Shown: positions 42,101 to 54,868 of the stretch, in pieces
How the letters are laid out: every line of letters starts with the position of its first letter
Numbering within the stretch: position 1 is the stretch's first letter
Source of the DNA: Octopus vulgaris
Taxonomy: Eukaryota
Assembly (NCBI GenBank): GCA_951406725.2
Contig: OX597831.1
Span: forward strand, 52,018,001-52,082,000
Direction of reading: 5' to 3'
Length of the DNA stretch: 64,000 nucleotides
The notes under the pieces: model-generated
The model's database searches: none
The model's input: only the letters and a program-made list of their open reading frames with translations
What the model was told of the DNA's origin: nothing
Program-made: the position numbers and the translations under genes

Positions 42101-45100
42101 TGTTTTTATCTTTTACTTGTTTCAGTCATTAGACTCTGGCCAAGCTGGGGCACTAACTCGAAGGGTTTAGTCAATCAAATTAACTTCAGAACTTATTTTT
42201 AGGTCTGGTGCTTATTCTATCTGTCTCTTTTGCTTTTGTCAAACTACAAAGTTACAGGGACATAAACAAACCAACACTGGTTATCAAGTGGTGGTGAAGA
42301 CTAATTCAACAACAACAACACACATACACACGTGCACACGATGGGCTGCCATACAGTTTCTCTCTGTCAAATTCACTCACAAGGCATTGAGGTTTGGGGC
42401 TATAATACTTGCTTAACACTTGCTCAAGGTACCATGCATTATGACTGAACCTGTAGTTGCAAAGGATTCTCTGGTCCTTTCACAGACAACCTTTTGTAGT
42501 ACTGATATCATGATTAAATGCACTCTAAGTCCAAGTAGATTTCCATTTCATTTTTTTTACAACAGGATGTCCTTCTTATCACCATCCACTCTAAAGTGTG
42601 AACTTGGGGTGCATTTTACAAAAGGTCGTTTGTGAAAGGACCAGAGAATCCTCTGCATCCTTTATCCATCCTTTTTAATCAGAGTTGAGGTTCTGAATTA
42701 GTTGCTTTCGTTGCAGCTTCTGAAGTCCGCAGTCCTGCATTTGCTGCTGCTACTGCCGCTCATCATAAGTACTGACTTTGTCCTTATTCGATATCTATCT
42801 ATATATATATATATATATATATTGAAAACTATAGACCATAACTACAAATTTAAAAGAAACTAAAAAAAAAACAAACCAAGCAACAACATTACTAACAGAT
42901 GATGGGTTCTTTTTTTTTATTCCAGGTACCAAACTGTCCAGATATGACCGTCCTCTTGAAGTTTGTTCATAATATGAGAGCTTCCACTGATCCTGCTGTA
43001 AGTCTTTTTCTCATTGATTCAACATTGAGCCACTCTTGGTATTTGCTTTGTAATTTTTTTCTTATGATGTTGTCTAGAGGAAAAAGCAGAATTCATGACC
43101 GACCTTTGATGACCTTTCAATACTAGTAAGATTGATGGGGGTTTATTTTCAGCTTGAATATGTGTAAGTGTCAATGATGGTTGAAGGAAATACATCATCA
43201 CCTTCATCATCAACATTTAATGTCCATTTTCCATGCTGGCATGGGCTGGATGCTTGACAGGAACTGGCAAGGCCAGAGACTGCACCAGGTTCCATAGTCT
43301 ATTTTGGCTTTGGTTTCTATGGCTAGGTGCCCTTCCTAACACCAACTACTCCACAGTGTGTATTGTGTGCTTTTTATGTGTCACCATCACCAGTACTTTT
43401 TATGTAACACCAGCACTGACAACAACAATTTTTACATGACACCTTGGTTTTAGGATCTCAGTTCTGTTGTGGTGGGCAGCTCTTCTCACATACACCGGTG
43501 TGCTACATATCTCCTTTGTGAAATACAATGATGATAATTATAATAATTGTTTCTGTGATCTCCAAAATTTTTGGGCAATGATTTAGTTGATCAAATTTAT
43601 CCCCAAAACTTGACTAGTACTATGAAAGGACAAAAGGCTAAACTGACCTTGGAGAGAGATTTGAAGAAAGACTGTCAAAAGTTGGAGGAAATACTGCCAG
43701 GCATTTTGTCCAATGCACTAATGATTCTGCTAATCCATCACCAGGTAATCATATTGACATGATGACATGGGAACTGCTATTCTTCCTATCAAACCAATGA
43801 AACTGTTATTCCATTGTCTTTGTTTTTTAAATAGCTAATATCAATTGTCAGATCTTTTCAGTTTGAACGGCAGTTTTTAACATAATTTCTAGGTAACTAA
43901 AAAATTTTAAACTTTGTATTCTGCTAGAATGTGTTTATAAAACATCTTTTTCTCTTGGCTTTATTGAGAAAATTCTATAGTTTGTAAGATATTTGTTGTT
44001 TTTTTTCTTCAGTTTCTACAATTTCAACCAATCGATGATGTCCATTGAGGTAAAAAACATTCTGTGCCGTATGAATATGTCCTTCGTTTAAGAAACAGAT
44101 TGGATTTATTTACATTTGTGAAGAAAAAAGATACCCTAACCCTAACCCAGATTGAAATGCAATAGATCGATACTAGGGTCATAATTATGGGTGACAATTT
44201 CATATGACACCGCTAGAGAAAACTGCCGTTCAAACTGAAAAGATCCCAATTGTCAATCATCAACTCTTGACGGAGTATCAAAACTTTTCTGGGTTTTGAA
44301 CTCAGAATGTACTGATCCAGAATAGATACTGCCAGGCATCTCATCTGATGATCTAACATCTCTACCAATTCGCTGCCATAGTAATGGATTGGTAGAACTA
44401 TGCTCAGTAATGCAGTGAAGGCACACAATAAAAATAATACTATTGAATAATAATAATAATGGAGTAAAAATTATTTGCCAACATAACATGGCAGTCCTGG
44501 TTTAGGACGAATGTTGCTGTAATTCAGCCCTAGGAGACATTGTCTCCAGCTGGTTATACAATGCAATCTGTGTCCTTATATTTTCAAACAAGGGAATCTA
44601 ACACTCCAACTCAGCTAAAAATAACCCAGAAATCGCAATACACAGGTATTATTTTGAGCTGAGCTGAGTTGGGGTGGGGGTGGGTGGTGTTGGCTAGATT
44701 CCCTTATTTGAAAATATAAGGACACAGATCATGTCATATAGCCAGCTGGAGACAATGTCTCCTGGGGCTAAATTACAGCAACATTTGTCCTAAACCAGGA
44801 CTGCCATGTTATGCTGGCAAATAATCTTTACTCCAAAGTACTGTTGCTGAATATCTCTCATTGTGAGATTTACAAGTAGTAATTTCCTCCTCCTCATAAT
44901 AATAATAATAATTTTTTTTTTTTTTTTAGTTTGTGTCTTTAGCATCATCTCTATCTACACGACAGTTGCTCAGAATAGCTCACCGATTGGCTAATTTTCC
45001 TAGTGAAGACCTTGGTTCTATCATACAAAAGGCTTGTCTTTCAAAGTGAGTGTGACCTTATATGTTCAGCAAAATTAACTAAACTTGAAGTAGTTTTTAA

Positions 45101-48100
45101 AAGATTTCCAATTTTCAATATTTTGAAAAGTTTTTTGTAAAAAAAAAATAATATAAAAAAAAATTCTATCGTTTTTCAAGGTTCCTACCTCGAATGGTAC
45201 GATTGTCTTTAGAGCAGGCACTTCAAGATGCTGGTTTGGAGACATCAACTAACTCGAAGTTTACCAACCTAGAAGAAGCCACAACATGTATGTAATGCAA
45301 AACAGCCCTACATTTCAAGTTTTTTTTTCTTTATCTTGATAGCTAAGCAGACCTGATTCATATTATAATTATTATAGAGACAAAACTTTTTTTCTTATTT
45401 ACATCTATATTCTGTTTAAATCACTAAGCTATCTTCCCCTCTTGCAAATATACTTCCTTGTTTGTTCCTTCTCGAGTCATGCCTGGCTCATAAGGGCTGG
45501 TTTCCCGGTTTCTTAGTGTATAGGTTCCCCACCTGGACGGGACGCCGGTCCATCGCAGGTAAGCTGCAAGATGCAGGAGGAAAGAGTGAGAGAAAGTTGT
45601 GGCGAAAAAGTCAGCAAAAGTTTCGCCATTACCTCCTGCCAGAGCCACATGGAGCTTAGGTGTTTTCGCTCATAAACTCACACATCGTCCGGTCTGAGAT
45701 TTGAACCCGCGATCCCTCGACCGCGAGTCCGCTGCTCTAACCACTAGGCCATGTGCCTCCACAAATATACTTCCTTCCACTTAACTGAAGAGCTTTTTCC
45801 TTTCTTATCTGTGTCTTGAAAGTTACTTGGCAACATCACTAACGCCAGTATCATGTACATCTAGTACACTTTGTAAGGTGATTGGCATTAGGAAGAGCAT
45901 CCAGCCATTGAAGTGATGCCAAAGCTGACATTGGAGACTGACATAGCCCTCTGGCTTGTCAGATCCTGTCACTTCATCCAACCAATGCCAGAATGGTAAA
46001 CAGATGTTGAGTAATAATGATGATGATGATGAGGGTGGTGGTGGTGGTGGTGGCGTCGTCGGCGGCATCACAATGTTTTAATTCTGTGTATACATAGTAC
46101 CAAGCAGCTCATTGTCTTAAATAACAAGATTACTCAGAGAGCGCAATTCTCTGCAAAGGCAACACCAATGTACTCTCAGCAATTAGCCAGAGATGATTTT
46201 TAAAATGAGAATATTTGAAATAAACTCGACTGCTTTCACAAATGAGAATACTAAAAATGAACCCAACTACTCTCAAAAATTAAGTAAAAAAACAGGAAAA
46301 ATAAACCTGAATCCTTGTCCGGTACCTGATCGATCCCAAAATCTAATCAGTTCATGCCAGTCATGCGTCCAAACATCTGAATCCATCCAGCGGTTCTTGA
46401 GACATCCTGTCCACAGACAAACAAACAAATACGACTAAGAACAATACCTCCGCCTTCGCTAAGGCAGAGGTAATAATAATAACAGTCCTTTCTACTGGAA
46501 GCATAAGGCCTCAAATTTAGGAGAAGGGATTAAGTTGATTACATCTACCCCAGTGTGTAACTGGTACTTATTTAATTGACCCCGAAAGGATGAAAGGCAA
46601 AGTTGACCATGGCAGAATTTGAACTCAGAACATGAAGATGGACGAAGTATTGCAAAACAAAACAATAGTTTAAGTGGAACATTTATGACACCAGTATTTG
46701 GAGGGTTTGCAAATACCATGACTGCTTCTTCTTCCTCTAGGCCTAGTTAATAAGGAAAAAGAAGCTGGGTTTAAAATACTGATTGAGTTGGTTGTTCATC
46801 ATTGTAATCTGTTCATATCTCAGTTATCTCTTATATCCTTATATACACACAGGTGAGGTGAAAGATGGAATGGTAAGGATTCGAAATACAAAACTTCCAG
46901 TCTGTAAGCCAGATAACATCACTAAAGTCCCGAACATATTGTTTTATGAAAATAATCAGGTGAGTCTTGTAAAATTTTCACCATTTTGAGGTTGAGTTTT
47001 TTTCTTTTTTTTTGATAGCCACTTATTGTTTACTTCCTAATTACCTCTGTTTAGGCAAGTCTCTGATAGGAAAAAGTTATTCTCATTTGCAATGTATATT
47101 TTAAAAACAAAATTTTTTGTGACACATTAATTCAGTTTTGTTAGTAATTAGATATTGCAAGTACTGCTAGTCATGTGTTTAAGTGTATAGTGATATACCT
47201 CACAGCTGAATATTCATGAAAATTTTTTGGGTTCAACCTGATTTTGCGACTCACCTACATTATATTAACAGTGAAGTGTCACTACACAGTTTGAAGACCT
47301 CTGTCCTTGAATCTTAAAAATAAAGCACACAGTGTAGTTCTAGTAGATATAAATGGTCTTTTGTAGCTGGAACATCATAAGTCTACTTGATCAGATCTGA
47401 ACTGGATCTAGATAAAAATCAGTGTAAATGTTAACTGTTGACTCTTTTGGGTTTTTTACTATATTTTAAATCTTTAAACATTTTATATTATTGTGTGACA
47501 TAAACTATTATCATATAAGAGCCATATTTTACTCGTAAATATTGTTTTAGTGATTCTGTTATCCATGAGTTATTCATTAAACTGTGTAAGATGATCTAAA
47601 AGAGTTCAGTATTTAACATCGTCACTTGTCCTTGGGCACCTTTAGCAGGGTTCACTCTCTTATAGCCATTTGGAGTAGAATAACTTGATGTCTTGATGCA
47701 TAGCTTCCTACCTACCACATTTTCTATTGTGCAGTGCCACAGTTTGTTAGCAGGATGGTCTGCTGCTAGACTTAACAGGGCTTTGTCTCCATGTGTCACA
47801 CTTAATGAAGTTGTCTTATTTGCTGACAGTGATCATCAACTCTCAACTAGATACTTCGTACAATTGATCAAAGTATTGATAAGCAGGAACCTCATGAATT
47901 GAAGCTTCTTATTTCCTTCCCCCACAGCTCATTAAGGCCTTTAAAAAAAGGCCGTGAGAACTGCTTTATTTTCTTTGGCAAAACTATAAAACAATAGTGG
48001 CCTAGTGGTTAAGCTGTTGCATTCATGATCACTAGATCATACGTTTAATTCCATGATTCTCTGGCACTTTGTGTTCTTGAGTAAAACATTTCATATTGCT

Positions 48101-51100
48101 CCAGTCCCCCTGTTGATCAGGGGGAATTTTGACCTGTTTGCTTAGCCAGTAAGGGTGGCATCATTTGAAAGCTAAAACAATGCAAAATATGCATTGTGAT
48201 CAGTGATGTGTAACAACATCTTATAACCTGGTCAGTCACGTGATCATGTGTGATAAAACAATAATAATACTAATAATACTTCATTTTTGTATCTGGTTTA
48301 CAAGATTCTTTATGTGAATTAGTGTGTTGAAACAAATTTTGTTGTGGCTAGGGAGAGTCGTTATGCCAATATTATCAACACACGCATTGTAATGGACTAA
48401 GAAGAAGGTCATTGAAAAGGTTGCAAGTAGCAACGAAAGAGCTTTGACAAACAAAACCAATACAAACGACTTATTGTTTAACCACATTAAACAAACAGTC
48501 GGTTAGTTAGGTTGGATATATAACCAATTGACTAATAATGAAGGAGTGGAATTGAACCAGTACATGTCTTTTGCTTGTTACTCTTTTACTGGTTTGTCAT
48601 TTGACTGTGGCCATGCTGGAGCACCGCCTTTAGTCGAGAAAATCGACCCCAGGACTTATTCTTTGTAAGCCTAGTACTTATTCTATCGGTCTCTTTTGCT
48701 GAACTGCCAAGTTACGGGGACATAAACACACCACCATTGGTTGTCAAGTGATGTTCGGGGAACAAATACAGACACACAAACATATACACACACATACATA
48801 TACACATATATACGATGGGCTTCTTTTAGTTTCCATCTACCAAATCCACTCACAAGACTTTGGTTGGCCTGAGGCTATAGTAGAAGACACTTGCCCAAGG
48901 TGCCATGCAATGGGACTGAACCCGGAACCATGTGGTTCGTAAGCAAACTACTTACCACACAGTCACTCCTACGCCTATAATAATCCTATGTGTTAATAAT
49001 CCTTTCTACTATAGGTAGAAGACATGAAATTTGAGGGGAGGGGTTAAGTTGATTACATTAACCCCAGTACTCAACTGGTACTTAATTTATCAACCCTGAA
49101 AAGATGAAAGGCAAAGTTGACCTCGGCGGAATTTGGACTCAGACCATAGACAGACAAAATGCCACTAAGCATTTTGCCTAATATGCTAATGATTCTGCCA
49201 GCTTGCCTCCTTAGCACGTGTGTTAATAATATGGGCATAATGACTCCCTAAATACAACAAAATACTAATACTACTTATTGATCTAAAATTGATTATTAAC
49301 AAAGACTTATTAGTTATTCTAGAATGAATTTTTTTTTTTAATATTTACTTTGATTTGTTTCAGCATCTGATTGTTATGGAGGATATGCTCAAAGATTATT
49401 CCTTAGGAGAGCATTTACTGTTGGTAGGGAACCAAGGAGTGGGCAAGAATAAAATTGTAGACAGATTCCTACAGCTATTAAATCAGCCCAGAGAATACAT
49501 CCAACTCCATCGGTATGTATTTGAAATCTGTCCATATTTATTTTATGGTCACCTATCTACATGTGTGTATTCATGTGTGTCTATCTTTGCTTCTTTTACT
49601 TGGTTCACTCACTGGACTGTGACCATGCCAAGGCACTGCTTTGATGGGTTTAAGCTGCACAAATTGACCCCCCCCACTCCCATCAGTATTTATTTTCAAG
49701 TCTGATACCTGTTCTATCAGTTACTTTGCTGAGCTGTTAATTTATGGGAACGTAAACAAACCAACACTGATTGTAGAGGGAGGGGATACAAACACAGACA
49801 CACATTAATATATATATATATATATGGAGGCGCAATGGCCCAGTGGTTAGGGCAGCGGACTCGCGGTCGTAGGATCGCGGTTTCGATTCCCAGACCGGGC
49901 GTTGTGAGTTTTTATTGAGCGAAAACACCTAAAGCTCCACAAAGCTCCAGCAGGGGGTGGTGGCGATCCCTGCTGTACTCTTTCACCACAATTTTCTCTC
50001 ATTCTTTCTTCTGTTGGCCTGCTCGCTTAGCCAGCGGGGTGGCGTCATTTGAAGGCTAAAACAATGCAAAGCGCATTGTGATCAGCGATGTGTAACAACA
50101 TCTGATAGCCTGGTCGGTCACAGTGATCACGGTGATATATATATATATATGACAGGCTTATATGCACACATGCACACATAAACACACATGCATAACAGGC
50201 TTCTTTCACTTCCTCTACCAAATCCTCTTACAAAGCTTTGTTCAACCCAGGGCTACAGCTGAAAAAAACACTTGCACAAGTACCACGCTGAGGGACCAAA
50301 TCCAAGACTATGTAGTTGGGAAGCAAGCTTCTTAACCACACAGCCATGCCTGTGCATATTATAAAATATAAAAAATGATACCTTATACTGAATTAACGGA
50401 GAGTGTTACAAAAGAAACTGCTGGGAAATAATCTTTTCTCATCATTATGAAAAGGCAGTAAATATGGTTATTATAGGTACCAGTGAAAGAGAATTGGAAG
50501 ATCAGGAAGTGGGTGGATGAGTAGCATCAAGATTTTACAAAAGAGGGAGATGATGAAAGACTAGATTTTGGCTAATGACAAAGAAAATCTGAGGAAGGAG
50601 GGTGCGTTTTTTAATAATACATACACGTTTTTAGCTCGGATTACAAATCCCTCCCTAAATGTTTTGTACAGCCAGTATTGTCTCCCTTCGATATGGCTCT
50701 GTCTGTTCTGTTATTTCTATGTTGCTAGTGGTGGCAACATAATTATGTTGTTGTTGGTGGTGGGAAATTGTGAATGGTGGTTGTACTGATGATAATAATG
50801 GTTATGATGATTGTATTCTCCAGTGATACCACAGTGCAGACATTAACGTTGCAACCTACTGTACTGAATGGTGTTATCATGTATGAAGATTCACCTCTGG
50901 TAAGTAGAACCTCTCTATCATATCTTCTTTGCTCCATAGTTGCATATATATATATATATATATATATCATCATCATCATCATCATCATCATTTAGTGTCT
51001 ACTTTCCATGCTGACATGGGTAAGATAGTTTGACAGAAACTGGTAAGCTGGAGAGCTGCACCAAGTTCCAGTCTGATTTGGCATGGTTTTTATGGCTGGA

Positions 51101-51547
51101 TGCCCTCCTAATGTTAACCAAGAGTGTAATGGGTGCCTTTGATGTGCCACTGACATGGATGCCAGTTACGTGACACCGGCATCGGCAACAACTATGATTT
51201 CACTTGGCTTGATGCATCTTCACAAGCATGGCATATTGCCAAAAGTCTTTGTCACCGAGGCCCAACTTTTGAAGGGTATTTTTTTACATGCCACCAACAC
51301 AGGTGCCACTTATGTGACACCAGTATCAGCTACAACTATGATTTCACTTGGCTTGATGGGTCTTCTCAAGTACGGCTTATTGCCAAAGGTCTGTCTTTAT
51401 CATTGCCTCCGTGAGATCCAACTTTCAAAGATCCTGCTTCACTACCTCATCCCATGTCTTCCTGGGTCTGCCTCTTCCACAGTTTTACTCCACAGTTAGA
51501 GATTGGCACTTCTTTACACAGCTGTCCTTGTCTGTATGCATGTCCTG

Positions 51548-51598
<51 letters not shown>

Positions 51599-54500
51599 CG
51601 TGCATGCATATCAGCCACCTATGTATCATACTTAATGTATACACACTCTCTATAGGTTAGTTACTGTGGTATTTGTCAAGAGGTAACATCTCTTATGGTT
51701 TTGCTGTGTTAAAAACAATAAATATCAGAGGAAGATGAAAATTGGCCCAATAGTGATCAGTTAGAACATCAGATGCATGTTGGCCTTGCTGGGCCTTTTC
51801 AGTGACATGTACTTGCAGCCAGCAACATGCTTGGGTGAACATTTTCACCTTCGATATAGAAAGCAGTGGTACTCATTTTCAGCTGAGTTGACTAGAGCAA
51901 TGTGAAATGATGTGCCTTGCTCAAGAACATAATTTGCTACCCACTCCAGGGATCAAACCCACGATTGCTCTGACGTCTTGACCATGCATCTTCACTCAAG
52001 GACACTGGTGTTAATGCCATGTAAAAGGCACTGGTGCTGGTGCCATGTAAAAAGCACTGGTGCAGGTGTCATGTAAAATAAACACTGGTGATGGTGCCAC
52101 AAGCATTGATGCTGGTGCCATGTAAAAAGCACTGGTGCTGGTGCTACCTAAAAAGCAGTCAATACACTCTGTAAAGTGGTTGACATTAGAAAGGGCATCC
52201 AGGTGTGGAAACCAAGCCAAAAACCAACTACGGAAGCTAGTGTGGTCCCTGGCCTTGCCAACTCTCATCAAACTGTTCAATCCATACCAGCATGGAAAAT
52301 GGATGTTAAATGATGATGATATATATATATATCATCATCATCATCATCATCATCATCGTTTAACGTCCGCTTTCCGCGCTAGCACGGGTTGGACGGTTTG
52401 ACCGGGTCTGGGAAGCCAGGGGCCGCTCCAGGCTCCAGTCTGAATCTGGCAGAGTTTCTACGGCTGGATGCCCTTCCTAACGTCAACCACTCCGTGAGTG
52501 GATTGGGTGCTTTTTACGTGCCACCTGCACAGGGGCCGGAGGGTCCGGCATCGTCACGATCGGTTCGAGCATTTTAACGTGTCAGCGGCACGGGGGCAAT
52601 GAGGTCCGGGGTACTTTGGGGATCGGGGTACTTTGGGGATCCAGGGTACTTTGGGGATCCGGGGTACTTAGAATGGGTAGGGGGTATGTGGAATTGCTGC
52701 AGAAAGCAGCCCGGGTCTTTGTAGTCACAGCATATCTCCAGAGATCTCGGTCCTTCGCCATTGCCTCAGTGAGGCCCAATGCTCTGAGGTCATGCTTGAC
52801 CACCTCATCCCATGTCTTCCTGGGTCTACCTCTCCCCTGATACCTTCAACTGTTTGGGAGTGGCACTTCTTCACACATCTCTCTTCATCCATCCGCAGCA
52901 CATGACCATACCATCGCAAGCGTCGCTCTTGCACACCACATCTGATGCTTCTTATATCCAGCATTTCTCTCAGGATACTTACACTCTGTTTTGCGTGCAC
53001 ACTGACACTACACATCCAGCGGATCATGCTAGCTTCATTTCTTTCAAGTCTACGCATGTCTTCTGCAGTCACAGCCCATGTTTCATTACCGTGAAGCATG
53101 GCAGTTCGCACACATGCATCATACAATCTACCTTTTGCTCTGAGGGAGAGGCCTTTTGTTGCCAGTAGGGGTAGGAGCTTTCTGAACTTTGCCCAGGCTA
53201 TTCGTATTCTAGTGGTGATACTCTCTGTGCATCCACCTCCGCTACTAACTTGGTCTCCCAGGTAGCGGAAACTATCAACTACTTCTAGTTTCTCTCCCTG
53301 GAGTGTGATGGAATCTGTTTTCTGAGTGTCTGTTGTGTCTATTGTCCCTGTGCATCTGCCGCACATGAAAGCTATCTTATCTGTTAATTTCCCTTTAATG
53401 TTGCTGCACCTCTTATGTGTCCATAACTTACATTGGGTGCATCTTATGGAGTTTCTACCTGTACCTTTCCTACAGGTTGAGCAGGGCCACCTACCCGAGG
53501 GGATGTGTGTTGAGTACCTCTTGCTGCTTACTAATACTTTGGTCTTTGCTACATTTATTCTAAGGCCCTTTGATTCCAACCCTTGCTTCCACACCCGAAA
53601 TTTCTCTTCTAGTTCCGGTAGTGATTCTGCTATGAGAGCTAGGTCATCGGCATAGAGGAGCTCCCAGGGGCATCCCGTTTTGAATTCCTCTGTTATTGCC
53701 TGAAGGACTATGATGAATAAAAGGGGACTGAGGGCTGAGCCCTGGTGCACACCTACTTCTACTCGGAATTCTTCACTATATTCGTTGCCAATCCTAACCT
53801 TGCTAACAGCCTCTCTGTATAGAGCCTGTACAGCCCTTATTAGCCATTCTTCAATCTCCAGTTTCCGCATCGACCACCAGATAAGGGAACGGGGAACCCT
53901 GTCAAAGGCTTTCTCCAAGTCTACAAAAGCTATGTAGAGGGGTTTATCTTTAGCTAGGTACTTCTCCTGCAGTTGTCGGACCAGGAATATAGCATCAGTG
54001 GTGCTTCTACCTGGTACAAAACCGAACTGCATTTCATCTAAACAAATTCTCTCCCTAATGAGATTGGTTATGACCTTCTCTGAGACCTTCATCACCTGGT
54101 CCAACAGTTTGATACCTCTGTAGTTATTTCTATCTAGAGCATCACCCTTACCCTTGTAGCAGTTGACTATGGTACTGCTGCACCAGTCATTGGGTATGGC
54201 TCCATTGTGAACTACCTGGTTTACAATGCGGGTGACTATGGCATGGCCCACATAGCCAGCTGTTTTAAGCATCTCAGCAGTGATTCCTGATAGGCCAGGG
54301 GCTTTGCCTGGTTTCATATCCTTAATTGCCTTATCTACAAGGGAGCTGTCTATTCGGGTAGCTGGTCCCTCTACTGGGTCAACATTTGGCAGGCTCTCCT
54401 CCTCCCATTCATTCTCCTCATTCAGCAGTCTTTCATAATGGCTTCTCCAAGCCTCTTTCTTTTCACTAGTAGTAAAAGCAAGTGCCCCATCATCCATGCG

Positions 54501-54829
54501 GACACATTTCTCTCCTATAACATCGCTATTTTCTCTGACACACTGTCTGGCAATCCGAAATACTTCAGCTCTTTGATCCTCGCGACGCTGGACATTGGCA
54601 AACTTCTTCTTTTCTGCTACATCTTTGGCAATGTATACCTGCCGCCCAGCCTCCCTTTTGGCTATCTGGTACAGTTCCCTGCTGCCCCCATCCTTCCAGG
54701 CTTTCCAGGCCCGTCTCTTTTCACAGATGGCTTTATCTACTGCACTATTCCACCACCACGTAATTCTAGGTCTGGAAGGGACTTTGCACCATCCACAAAC
54801 TTGGTCTGTGGCACTCAACAAGCTGTCCC

Positions 54830-54868
<39 letters not shown>

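Noticed and set aside
49826-49900. Possible tRNA-Arg gene (also 45690..45761)
   Set aside because: No proper acceptor stem, and it continues into a SINE body and tail, so it is a SINE head.
52010-52150. CRISPR-like repeat array
   Set aside because: Degenerate tandem minisatellite with no unique spacers and no cas genes, in a eukaryotic context.
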